34,065 nt of DNA from Nemertoderma westbladi. Lineage: Eukaryota > Animalia > Xenacoelomorpha. This document shows, in pieces, positions 11,590-22,301 of the stretch. The stretch spans positions 1 to 34,065 of the forward strand of contig JAUCBJ010005900.1 in assembly GCA_032718475.1 (NCBI GenBank), read 5' to 3'. Position 1 is the first letter of the stretch; the number at the start of each line of letters is the position of its first letter. The notes beneath the pieces are model-generated. The model saw only the letters and a list, made by a program, of their open reading frames with translations. It was not told the origin of the DNA and searched no databases. The translations under genes and the position numbers were made by a program.

Positions 11590-12415
11590 GGCATGCTGCA
11601 TTGCAGCTGCATTTTTAAGAATGCTGTGCCGGCTTGTCGACAAAATTGCGCCGCCTCAACTCCCTATCACCCATGACATTTGCTAGATCATGCGCATCTT
11701 CAAGGCCAGTGTCCTTTAAGATGCGTCTCAAGAAAGTCATGGGCTGTCCACCATGCTTAATCACTCCATGAGGCTGCCAAAGTAGAAGATTATGCACTGG
11801 CTGGTTCTCACGGCGAAAGCAATGTCCTGCAAAGCGGAGGCGATTTTGTTCTAGTGTCAAGCTTGGGGGAACCAATGAGACACCTCCAATGTTATATAGT
11901 GTCTGGTTGGAGATGTGTGCATTGTACTTGACACAATGAACCCGGCGTGGCATTCTTGTGAATGTGCCATCCAGAGATTTGGTGTCCTCAGCAGTTAGAG
12001 CCCAGCATGGACTCCCATAGAGGAGTACTGGAACTACTGCTGCTCTAAATAATCGGACCTTAAGTTGCCGATTAATTCTCGGTGACTTCCAAATTCTGGA
12101 AAGCCTATTCAAGGCTGCCCATGCCCATTCCTTTCCCTTACGTATTCGAAGGTCCTCACCTGACTTCCGGATCCATGATCCCAGGTAACAGAAGTCGTCC
12201 ACATGCTGAAGCATACCATCCTTTGAGCTTATGCTCATCCGGTCAGAGACTTACTCAGGACTTTCAAAGTTAACTGTCAAAATTTTGGTCTTTCTGGAGT
12301 TAATAAAAAGATCAACACTAGAAGCAGCCTGTTCTAATGAGCTGAGGAACCGTTGGGCTCCCTCTAGTGATTCTGAGACTACCCCAATATCATAAATAAA
12401 GTCTATATCAACTGC
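11590..12415 (-). mobile_element. RTE-clade LINE 3' fragment (end of RT and C-terminal region), degenerate
   Basis: DIDFIYDI (decayed DFADDI), AQRFLSSLEQAA..INSRKTK, VDDFCYLGSWI, WAALNRLSRIWKS, LKVRLFRAAVVPVLLYGS..W, RLRFAGHC. Confidence 0.88.
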
Positions 12416-12757
12416 CTTCGATTTCATGGAGTGTATAGGCCTACCCGTGTAATAAATATATTAACGACATATTTTTGTTTTCTTAGATGTAAAATATTAC
12501 CGGATTATTACGACATGGGGGGGGGGGGGGACTTCCCATCCCGGCAAATTAATAATTAAGGAAAAAGAGCAGGTTACAGTGACACGCAATTCTAACTAAG
12601 ACGTTAGTCGATATTATAACGAAGACCATAAGTCAATAGAACATGTTTCAGTTTTATTATTGAGAGTAATCAATGTGATTGAACAGTAATCAAGTAACCT
12701 GCTCCTTTCTAAAAATTGAGAATTTAACATTGATGCGGGATATTAATACGTATTATT

Positions 12758-13962
12758 AAAGGAACAGACTCCAAGTTAAAGAGCCAGCATCCACAACAAG
12801 AGATGGGTAGCTCTCACAAAAAGGAACAGACTCCCAGTTAAAGAGCCAGCATCCACAACAAGAGATGGGTAGCTCCCACAAAAAAGAACAGACTCCCAGT
12901 TAAAGAGCCAGCATCCACAAAAAGAGATGTGTAGCTCCCACAAAAAGGAACGGACTCACAGTTATAGTGCCAGCATCCACAAAAAGAGATGGGTAGCTCC
13001 CACAAAAAGGAACAGACTCCCAGTTAAAGAGCCAGCATCCACAACAAGAGATGGGTAGCTCTCACAAAAAGGAACAGACTCCCAGTTAAAGAGCCAGCAT
13101 CCACAAAAAGAGATGGGTAGCTCCCACAAAAAGGAACAGACTCCCAGTTAAAGAGCCAGCATCCACAAAAAGAGATGGGTAGCTCCCACAAAAAGGAACA
13201 GACTCCCAGTTAAAGAGCCAGCATCCACAAAGAGAGATGGGTAGCTCCCACAAAAAGGAACAGACTCCAAGTTAAAGAGCCAGCATCCACAACAAGAGAT
13301 GGGTAGCTCCCACAAAAAGGAACAGACTCCCAGTTAAAGAGCCAGCATCCACAAAAAGAGATGGGTAGCTCCCACAAAAAGGAGCAGACTCCCAGTTAAA
13401 GAGCCAGCATCCACAAAAAGAGATGGGTACCTCCCACAAAAAGGAACAGACTCACAGTTAAAGAGCCAGCATCCACAAAAAGAGATGGGTAGCTCCCACA
13501 AAAAGGAGCAGACTCCCAGTTAAAGAGCCAGCATCCACAAAAAGAGATGGGTAGCTCCCACAAAAAGGAACAGACTCCCAGTTAAAGAGCCAGCATCCAC
13601 AAAAAGAAATGGGAAGCTCTCACAAAAAGGAACAGACTCCCAGTTAAAGAGCCAGCATCCACAAAAAGAGATGGGTAGCTCCCACAAAAAGGAACAGACT
13701 CCCAGTTAAAGAGCCAGCATCCACAAAAAGAGATGGGTAGCTCCCACAAAAAGGAACAGACTCCCAGTTAAAGAGCCAGCATCCACAAAAAGAGATGGGT
13801 AGCTCCCACAAAAAGGGACAGACTCCCAGTTAAAGAGCCAGCATCCACAAAAAGAGATAGGTACCACCCACAAAAAGGAACAGACTCCCAGTTATAGAGC
13901 CAGTATCCACAAAAAGAGATAGGTACCTCCCACAAAAAGGAACAGACTCCCAGTTATAGAGA
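12758..13962. repeat. 62-bp minisatellite, ~19.4 copies
   Basis: Unit GGAACAGACTCCCAGTTAAAGAGCCAGCATCCACAAAAAGAGATGGGTAGCTCCCACAAAAA. Unit starts run from 12761 to 13939 (19 x 62). Confidence 0.98.
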
Positions 13963-14242
13963 CAGGGCATTCCCAACACCGATTCAGGGAAATTTCAAAC
14001 TATTTATTTTTTACTTCAAATTACCCAAAAATTGGGAGAATAACGTAACTTGATAAATGAAAAATAATAAAATAATAAAAAAAAAATAATAATAATAATA
14101 TTTAATATCTTAAAAAAAAACAAAATGAAAAATGTATTTTTATTTTCACGAAATGATTAAATAGTAATGGTAATTATTATGGTATGTGATTAATAACTGG
14201 AGAGAAGGCTATAATAAATCGAATAACTGCATAACAAATCCA

Positions 14243-14310
14243 TAACTGCACTTTTTAACTTCCATATTTTATTTACTGTGAGTAAATATGGAAGTTAAAA
14301 AGTCCAGTTA
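14243..14310. repeat. 68-bp palindrome (27-bp arms, 1 mismatch)
   Basis: TAACTGCACTTTTTAACTTCCATATTT ... AAATATGGAAGTTAAAAAGTCCAGTTA. Confidence 0.85.
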
Positions 14311-14864
14311 AATATATTTTCTACACTATTTCGTCATATATTTTATTTAAAAAAAGTTAAAATTTAAGGATAAATTTACGTATTACAAAAGAAATAATTA
14401 TATTATTATATTTATTATTATTAACTTCGCTGGCTCTCGGTAAATAAAATATCTTGAGAATTTAGGGAAAAATCTTCTACATTTCTCCCAAGTAATACGC
14501 AATAATATTATTGATACCCATGATTTTAAAGCATTTTGCCTACATTGGGCTTAAATTCCACAGAGTGGATTACCATTCACAGAATAGGAATTATTGGTAT
14601 TTTGGGTGAGTGAGTGGTTTAATATTATTATAATTTTCGTTTGCAAATTCGGCAATAACGTTCGGGTGGGATCGAACTGGTAACCTCAAGGCTGGAGGTC
14701 GGTCTGGCGCTCCAAACATTCCGCTAAGATAAATGTAGGTAGGAAATACTACCTCATATTTTGTATGTCCGTGATTTCCGCCCTCATGGCCTCCCAAGCC
14801 CAATTGTCTATACCAATTATTACATAATAGACATGGAGACCACTATTGCGAATTTATTCTATAA

Positions 14865-17800
14865 AACGAGAGAAAGCCGCCCCAATATTAGATTATTACA
14901 ACAACATATCCATTGGGTAAGAAAGTGGAGGAGAGCCAGCCCGTCTCTTAATTTTTTACTTTATATTACGCGATCAATTTTCACTCATCTCGTCATGAAC
15001 CAAACATGTATGTAACCTTTTGTTAAATTTGTTGGCTATGCGTTTGCGGTTGTTTGGGCGGAGTGTGGTAGGCCTTCACTTTTCACACTTAAATATTTTG
15101 GTTGTGAAATGTTACAGGGCATAGCGATCTGAGATATTTTCATTTATATTTTATTATGAGAGGAAGAAGAACATACAACGTTATTTACTATGTAACAAAA
15201 TAATTGTTTTCGGGTTTAACTTGGAAGCCTCCCCAAATAGTTGATATACAATTATATTTAAAATTATTTCCATGGTCATGGTCATTCACCCGTCTTTAGT
15301 TAGAAATTTGTTTGCATGAAAGACAGTTTAGTTTTGTTTTTACAGATTTATTATCTCTTATCTGACTGGGGTAATAATAAAGGATAGGATAAATGGAAGC
15401 AAAGTGTGACAGTAACAAATATTTCCCCGTCACCCTAGCATGTCTTAAGTATATGATATATCAAAGGGGGAAGTTTGGATTCACTGCATAAATGCAGTTC
15501 ACCAAACTTCCCCCGAATGCACACTGTAACTTCCCCCTTCCCCCAAATATCCACTGTTGAATTAATTTGAAGCGATATAATAAGTACAAAATTGTGCGAG
15601 TTTTTAATTGTGTGGTCCATTTGTTGTTTGATCTCTATTTATTGTTTTAAGTGCATATAATATCACACTGGTTTTTATAATATTATACTATACAACCTTA
15701 TGTTTTATTAATTTACCCAATCGAAGCCTCATAAGGGCCGGTTATTTGTACGCATATCCCCTAATGCGCTCAGTAAGGTTCAAACAACATATTAATATGA
15801 AAATAAAGTATCTGCAACGAAAAGAACCCAATACTATATAATTTGACCTTATTAAAAAATTTGCACTTTTGCACACTTATTTGTACAAGTGCACTTTAGC
15901 AGATCGTAATGGTGGCTCTTATTTAACAAACTTATGTTTATCCTCTACCGATCTCACTGGTGTATGATCAAGTGTCAGTCGCTAAAAGTGTCAAAAATCC
16001 AATTTAATAAATCTGGATTTGCGATTTTGGACCATATTCATGGACATTTTAAGTCACTTTATAGACATAAAAAGTTAAACAAATGTTACGATTATAGTTA
16101 GAAATCATTCCAAACTACATTTTAATCCAAAAAATAACATTCTACGATGAATAGAATTGGAAATAATAGTGTTTGAAATATCGAAAAAATGTTCACTATT
16201 TAAGTGCATTTTGCACTAAGTGCACATAAGTCTTTTCCCAAGTTTTATCCTATTTCACACACTACGATCTATTCTCTATCCAATGAAAAAAGTTTCAGAT
16301 TAAACGGCCCTGTAGAACCAAAGTTATTTATGTTTAAAAATAGTCACTCGAAAATTTCAAATTCACTTGGTCACATAGTCTAGTGGTTATCAATCACGTT
16401 AATGAAACCTAAGTTCGCGGGTTCGAAATCCAATATTGACCTGACCATCCTTAATTTTTTTGCAAAAAAAATTATTTTTATTTTTTCACTAAAATCGTTC
16501 TAACTTCGGTTCTGGTGGTCCAAATTCAATAAAATTGGTATATTCTTTGCCGTAATTTTTTTCTTAATCTTTTGAGAAGGGGTTATTTTTGGCCCCAAAA
16601 AAATTTAAAAAAAGGGCCAAAATAACGCGATATTTTTCGACCCTTAAAATTCGTAATTTTAATTATATATGTTAAGATAAAAGATAGCGGAGTTAATTTG
16701 ATACTTTTTACAGGTACTTTTGGCGCAATACGCTAAATCATAATGGAATAGCGTTTTGTTAAAAAAACAATTTTTCGTCCCTTTTTATAAATATTATATT
16801 TCACACGATCGCCTGCCGCTCCAGTTTTATAATACCTCCGGCGCTGTGATTAACGCTGTTAGATAGATAATTTAACGCACTATAAGTCTGTGTAAACAAA
16901 TCTCCCGTAAGTTAAGTATTTTTCGAGCTAGACGATTTCCCGCGAAGCAAGTTTAAAGCGCTAAATTATAATTTTGGCCCTCATTTTTTTAATATCATCC
17001 TTGGAGCAAAACCGATAGCATTATTTGAATTCCCCGTATAGATATTGATTGTATAGAATGTACCTTAACCAACTAAAGTTAAAAATAAAAAGTTATTCGA
17101 TAAAAACTACTTTACAAATTCTGGCCCTTTTTGGCCTCTATTTCTGACATATTTTTTGTACCCCCATTCGATAGGAACGTAGCCCCAATGGTCTTCTACG
17201 AGTTTCATAAAAGAATTAGTGGATTCCTACCCGCGTTGTCGAATTAAACTTTTCCAAAATAATAAGTTTTCCAAAAAAGACGGACAAAAACGTACAAATT
17301 TACAGCCCCTTTTTCCACCCGAAATTTTAATAAATATCTTACCCCCATTCGATACGAAGGTAGTACCACTCTTCCCCTTTCCAACCGCGTTACTTTTGTC
17401 CCCGTACGATTAATATTAGCCGAGTTATAGCGGATCCCGCAAAGTCATTTTGTCCGTTTTTTCAACTTTGACGGACATTTTCGGAAAAAAGGCGTGGTAA
17501 TCTTTTTTGAAAAAAAAACGAATTCACTAATTAATCCCTTCTATCGTATCCCGGCGTCGGCTAAGCAATAACCTAGGGTTTTTTCGAGCCACTGTAGAGC
17601 GCCTTTCAAAAAAATTTTAAAATTGTCGAAAAAATGACGGTTTTTTGTCCGCCGTGTCCGTCAAAGGGTTAGATTTAATAATGTTAAAGTTGCTAATATC
17701 TTAGAATTCCGAGCCGCTCCCCTGGTGAGAAAATAAAAAAATTTGGTCAGTTCCTTCATCGAAAAGTCCCCCAGAATCCCAAGTTAACCTATATAGTTAG

Positions 17801-17897
17801 CGATGGCCTGCGGCTTTAGGAGCGGCCGCGGTATTCACCTCCCTCATAGCGGCCGCGGCGGTGTTGCGTCAAATGGAGAAATATTTATCCCACCAAG
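14865..17897. repeat. Long repeat copy A (~600-bp type-1 flank + ~2.4-kb core), near-identical to 22944-25971
   Basis: Identity begins at AACGAGAGAAAGCCGCCCC and ends at TTATCCCACCAAG in both copies. Confidence 0.95.
16369..16441 (+). pseudogene. tRNA-like 73-nt relic in repeat copy A (also 24445-24517, 27434-27506, 30331-30403, 33310-33382)
   Basis: GGTCA...TGACC closing stem, A-box-like TAGTCTAGTGG at position 8, B-box-like GGTTCGAAATCC and a downstream T-run. The anticodon arm does not pair. Confidence 0.6.
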
Positions 17898-18317
17898 AAA
17901 CCTGCGTGTTATCTAACAGTTACGTTAGTTACTCAACTAACTTACTTTCTGGAATCCTGCTAGAAGTAGTAACATGTGATTCACAACATATTTGATTGAA
18001 TATGCGATTATGTAATAATTAGGTAATAAGTAGGCCTATTTATGTAAAAATTATGTAGCGATAGTATGTATTCACTTGGGAAAAACTAAAGTACTTTGAT
18101 GTAAGTTTTAGGTGCCGAAAATAAATTATTACCATTAGCGTTCTAACATAAAATGGCTAGAGTTCCGTATGCAGTCGCATTTGATATTTTGATATTAACT
18201 AATGAAATTATGTACTTTTTGCATAGTAACATCACCACTGACTTCAATTCAACATTTAAAAAAAATATACTTTGTTCCAGAACATTAGCTAATCGACTAG
18301 CTAGTAATTTTTCAAAA

Positions 18318-18959
18318 GGTACTTCTGCAGTATACCCCCACACCCTCTCAATTTCTTAACATTTATACAATTGTACTATGTCATTTATTAAATGTTCAAA
18401 TTTGTTTTCTTCCTTTCTCTTTGATTCTCGCCACATGAATTCAATGAAATATGTGCGTAACAAGGATCTATGAGTTCCACACTCTCTCTTGTTCCTGCGT
18501 TTGGCACGCATCCACAAGTTCTCGATATTCTACGTGTGGGCTCCACTCTCTGGGTCAACAAAGTTCTTACTATGATTCACGGTTTCGTGTGAATAGCCCT
18601 CAGGAAGATTTTCAATCCCATTGTATGCCTTCCAGAGATCGGACCTGATTAATGTATCTGGGAGAATGTACTCTTGTATAATAGGGAGCAAAGTCAAATT
18701 TCTCCATCCTTGCAGCGCTTCGTCGCCCTAAGTTTCATACCACACAAACAAGTACTGCTGGTTGTCAACAGAAAATTGTCTCTGCATAGCTGTAATGAAT
18801 CAGCTACAGTACTTGTACGTAGCACCAATTCACGCAAATTTAACTTGCCTAAAGACATTTTGCCACAATAATTGTGTTCTAGAATCTAGTCACCATAGCG
18901 GTAGTAAAGGAAAGTGATAAAACATATATCAAGGTGTGGGGGTATACTGCAGAAGTACC
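18318..18959 (-). mobile_element. Merlin (IS1016/ISXO2-like) DNA transposon, internally deleted, 642 bp
   Basis: Perfect 27-bp TIRs GGTACTTCTGCAGTATACCCCCACACC (18318-18344 / 18933-18959) enclosing transposase remnants. Confidence 0.92.
18356..18858 (-). pseudogene. Merlin DDE transposase remnant
   Basis: The N-terminus MSLGKLNLREL...CLCGMKL...KDGEI is fused at ~18695 to TLLPIIQEYILPDTLIRSDLWKAY...HETVNHSKNFVDPESGAHT*NIENLW...YFIEFMWR. Premature stop at 18530-18532. Confidence 0.9.
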
Positions 18960-19355
18960 AAAAAAAAATGTGAAAACATTTATATTTCATGTTTAAACTG
19001 TTGCAGAATATATTAATGACAAAAAATATTGAGGATATTATAGCAGTTTACATTTTTTGCATGGTAACAATGATTTAAGTTTAAAAAGATGTAGTTTTAT
19101 TTTAAAACTAGCCATTTTAAATTTAAAAAATGACTAACTACATTTTCTAGAACATTATATTTTTTATTTTATTTATGTTCTAGAATAGTGTATAATAATT
19201 ATATTTTGTTCTAGAACTCTACAATGTTGCCATGGTAATAATGACTTATGTTATAAAAATGCGACTGCATACTGAACTGTTCCCCATAAAATTATGAGAA
19301 TTTAAAGGACAATTTAGAATAATAAACCGGTAACGCTGTTGACATAAAGTTCACT

Positions 19356-19754
19356 ATGACATCTTCAGAAATCAAAGGGTCTGTACGTTTTCACTCACAG
19401 GGTAATATCTTAATACCTGTGGAACAAGTAGAATTAGGCAAAGTTAAGCGGTCGCCTCAAATACAGAAAAACCGAAAGGCGGACATTCCGCGGGTTCATC
19501 AACAAAACAACTGCTTGTGTAGACTGCTGAAAGATCATCCGCTTACACTTCTATGCGCAGGTATCATATTTCTTTTGGTATCTCTTACTACTGTCATATT
19601 ACTAATGGTGCTACCTGGTGCACCAGAGTCGACCACCATTATCCCTCCTATACATATTGCAGATGTCGTTGACACCACAGAATGGGTCGGGATCTCACCA
19701 TCAACTGCAACTACAGCACCCCCGTGTAACCGTGATCATTGTGAACATTATTAG
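19356..19754 (+). CDS. Hypothetical single-pass (type II-like) membrane protein, 132 aa
   Basis: True ATG, GC-richer than the flanks, one hydrophobic stretch (LTLLCAGIIFLLVSLTTVILLMVL) and a Thr/Pro-rich tail ending CNRDHC. Confidence 0.55.
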   Translation: MTSSEIKGSVRFHSQGNILIPVEQVELGKVKRSPQIQKNRKADIPRVHQQNNCLCRLLKDHPLTLLCAGIIFLLVSLTTVILLMVLPGAPESTTIIPPIHIADVVDTTEWVGISPSTATTAPPCNRDHCEHY

Positions 19755-20231
19755 TGACTAATGTAATTGTTATTTAATCTAGCTATAATGTTTTTAATCT
19801 GCTAGCTACAATTGAAAAAAATAGTAGATAAAAATAGTACTCCTCCCCACTAGCTACCATAAATAATATTTTTTTTTGCAGCGGGAGTTTTAAAACATTA
19901 ACATGTCAGGAACTGCTTAAATATAGTTAGTAAATTTTATTTAAACACTAGCTAAAATTAAAATTAAAAATACTAGATACTAGATACCATAGAAAAACAT
20001 CATATTTTAATCAATAACTTACATGTTCTAGAACGCTTAAAACAACAAAAAGTGAAAACACTATAGCTAGAATAAAAGTGTAGTTAAAAATCCAAAAATA
20101 TAGCCACGGGCGGAACTGACCCCAATAATTGAATTGTAGTTTAATCTGTTAATGATGTTGTAATAAGTTGTTCACTGAAGAAATGAGAAAGTGCGTCACC
20201 GGGGGTTGAAACCGCGTTACACACACGTACA

Positions 20232-20406
20232 TATCAGGCTTCTTCAGTAGCGCTAACAGGTTCAGCCATTCTCCACTGACATTCGCCTTTCCATTTAATC
20301 CACTTCTGTTGGACAGGCAGTCTATAGTTGTATATCCTCAGTAGGAGAGTGGCTGGACCTATTAGCGCTACTGAAGGGGTCTGATAGGCCGAAGCGTGCA
20401 TATAAC
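20232..20406 (+). other. ~48-bp inverted repeat with a degenerate minimal hammerhead motif; possible Penelope-like remnant
   Basis: 20232-20279 pairs with 20338-20386. The right arm continues CTGAAGG-GGTC-TGATA-GGCC-GAAG-CGTGCATA. Confidence 0.45.
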
Positions 20407-20690
20407 TGTTCAGCCAGAGGCTGACGTGAACAATATTATATTTTGCTAATTGCCAAGTTTTAAGTTTTAGTTTAGTTTAAGTTTTAAGTATAAAAGTTTT
20501 GCACACGTAATTAGAGCAAAATCAATGCAGCACAAACTCAAAGGTTATTCCAACTTTAGTGTCTGCAGAACTCCACAATGGAACTCAAGTCCAATATTGG
20601 TTTGTGTAGTTAAGCGGCTCTCTAGTTACGTAATAAATATTCGAGAACTAAATTATTTAACATTGAGTAAGGCAGCATCAGGAGTTGAAG

Positions 20691-20882
20691 AGGGTTGTTC
20701 TAAAATAAATAATTTTTGTTCGGAAAATTTTATAAAAAAATGATTAAACAATTATTTATTACATGGGAAATAAAATACTGTAGTATTTTAGTATATAGTA
20801 TATATATATATAGTTTTAGTATATAGTTTTTTCAATATATAATATTTTCTCGAACAAAAATTATTTATTGCAGAACAACACT
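20691..20882. repeat. MITE-like inverted repeat (~40-bp imperfect arms)
   Basis: GTTGTTCT-AA-AATAAATAATTTTTGTTCG-GAAAAT versus ATTTTC-T-CGAACAAAAATTATTTATT-GC-AGAACAAC. Confidence 0.65.
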
Positions 20883-21641
20883 GTTAATAAAGGCTACCAA
20901 TTAAAGTCATCCCAAAATTGATGAAAATTTCACCAAAAAAAATTATTTTAGACCAAATTAAATAATGTGACCCCAAAAAAATTATTCAACACGAAGTAAA
21001 ATAAAGTCACCCCAAATAAAATTATTCAAAAACTAAAACAAATTTTTCAACAACAAAAACAATTATTCAAAAACCAAAACAAATTATTCAATACCAAAAT
21101 AAATAAATGCTCCCCAAAACCCATTATTAGTACCAAAATATATGACAAAATCCACAAAATAATTACAAATTTCCCCCTCCCCCTTAATTCACCAAAGTTG
21201 CATCTGTGTGAATACTGAGCAATACACCCCCCCCCCCCCCCGTCTCTGTTATTTCCATTTAGGTCCCAAAATATAAATAACAAACCTCCCTGACAGTGAC
21301 ACTACAAAAATTAAAATTGTGAATATACCTTTTATAAATACTACCTATCTAATAGGCTCACAGTAAATTAATAAGAGAAAAGTCATACAGAAAGGCAGAA
21401 TTTAACAAGAAGATTAAATGCGGGAGATTTTATCTTTAGCCCCCGATCATTATATGTTATTTATAAAGGGAAAACATTTCTTTATCAGGGAAGCTAAACC
21501 GGGAATTATCTTTACCCCTCAAACTCAAGAAACCGGTATGGTCAAATTTAGAGTAGAATGTACAATTACATGGCTCGCCCCTTACTCTCCTCCAACCTGA
21601 TTTTGTTGTGGTTCAGTGGGTACGATAACGTATCGAAAAGG

Positions 21642-22100
21642 GCTCACTGTTTTAATCGGCAGAAAAGTATTGATGAAAAATATAAGACTTGAAAAATACC
21701 GCGAGTAATAGTATCGAGAGTAAAAATATCGCGAGTAAAAATATCGAGAGTAAAAATATCGAGAGTAAAAATATCGTGAGTAAAAATATCGCGTGTTTAA
21801 AAATATAGAGAGTAAAAATATCGAGAGTAAAAATATCGCGTGTTTAAAAATATAGAGAGTAAAAATATCGAGAGTAAAAATATCGCGAGTAAAAATATCG
21901 AGAGTAAAAGTATTGCAAGTAAAAATATTTTTACTCGCGATATTTTTACTCTCGATATTTTTTAAACTCGCGATATTTTTACTCTCGATATTTTTACTCG
22001 CGATATTTTTCAATTTTAACCCTAGAATACGAAATATTAATTTTTCTTTATATTATATTTTATAATTTAACTTTCTTTGCCTTCTTCAAATCCAGTGAGC
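21642..22100. repeat. Foldback-like element: 15-bp tandem units that invert at ~21925, inside imperfect outer inverted repeats
   Basis: TAAAAATATCG(C/A)GAG units at ~21690-21925 and reverse-complement units at ~21926-22010. Outer arms GCTCACTG..GGCAGAAAAGT / ACTTTCTTTGCC..CAGTGAGC. Confidence 0.8.
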
Positions 22101-22301
22101 AGAAAGAGGGCGTTCTGCATCTTATGTTAAATCTTAAAATAAAAAATAAAATAAACATATTAATTGAAAGAATGTATTATTGGCGAGTGAAAAAAAGCAT
22201 TACTTTCTTTCATTATTTTTCAAAATTTGAGTAAGTAAGCACTTCTAATTTTTCAGGGTGTTGTTATTTAATTTAATACAATTTAATTACTTTCTTTCCA
22301 G

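Noticed and set aside
12758-13962. Possible CRISPR array
   Set aside because: Units are contiguous and near-identical with no unique spacers; no cas genes; eukaryotic context.
16369-16441. Functional tRNA gene
   Set aside because: Anticodon and T stems do not pair properly, and the B-box is degenerate in three copies; kept only as a tRNA-like relic.
18451-18871. Two 65-aa plus-strand ORFs
   Set aside because: Antisense to the Merlin transposase remnant.
21582-22013. 143-aa ORF with SRYFY/KNIES repeats
   Set aside because: Translation of the 15-bp repeat array.
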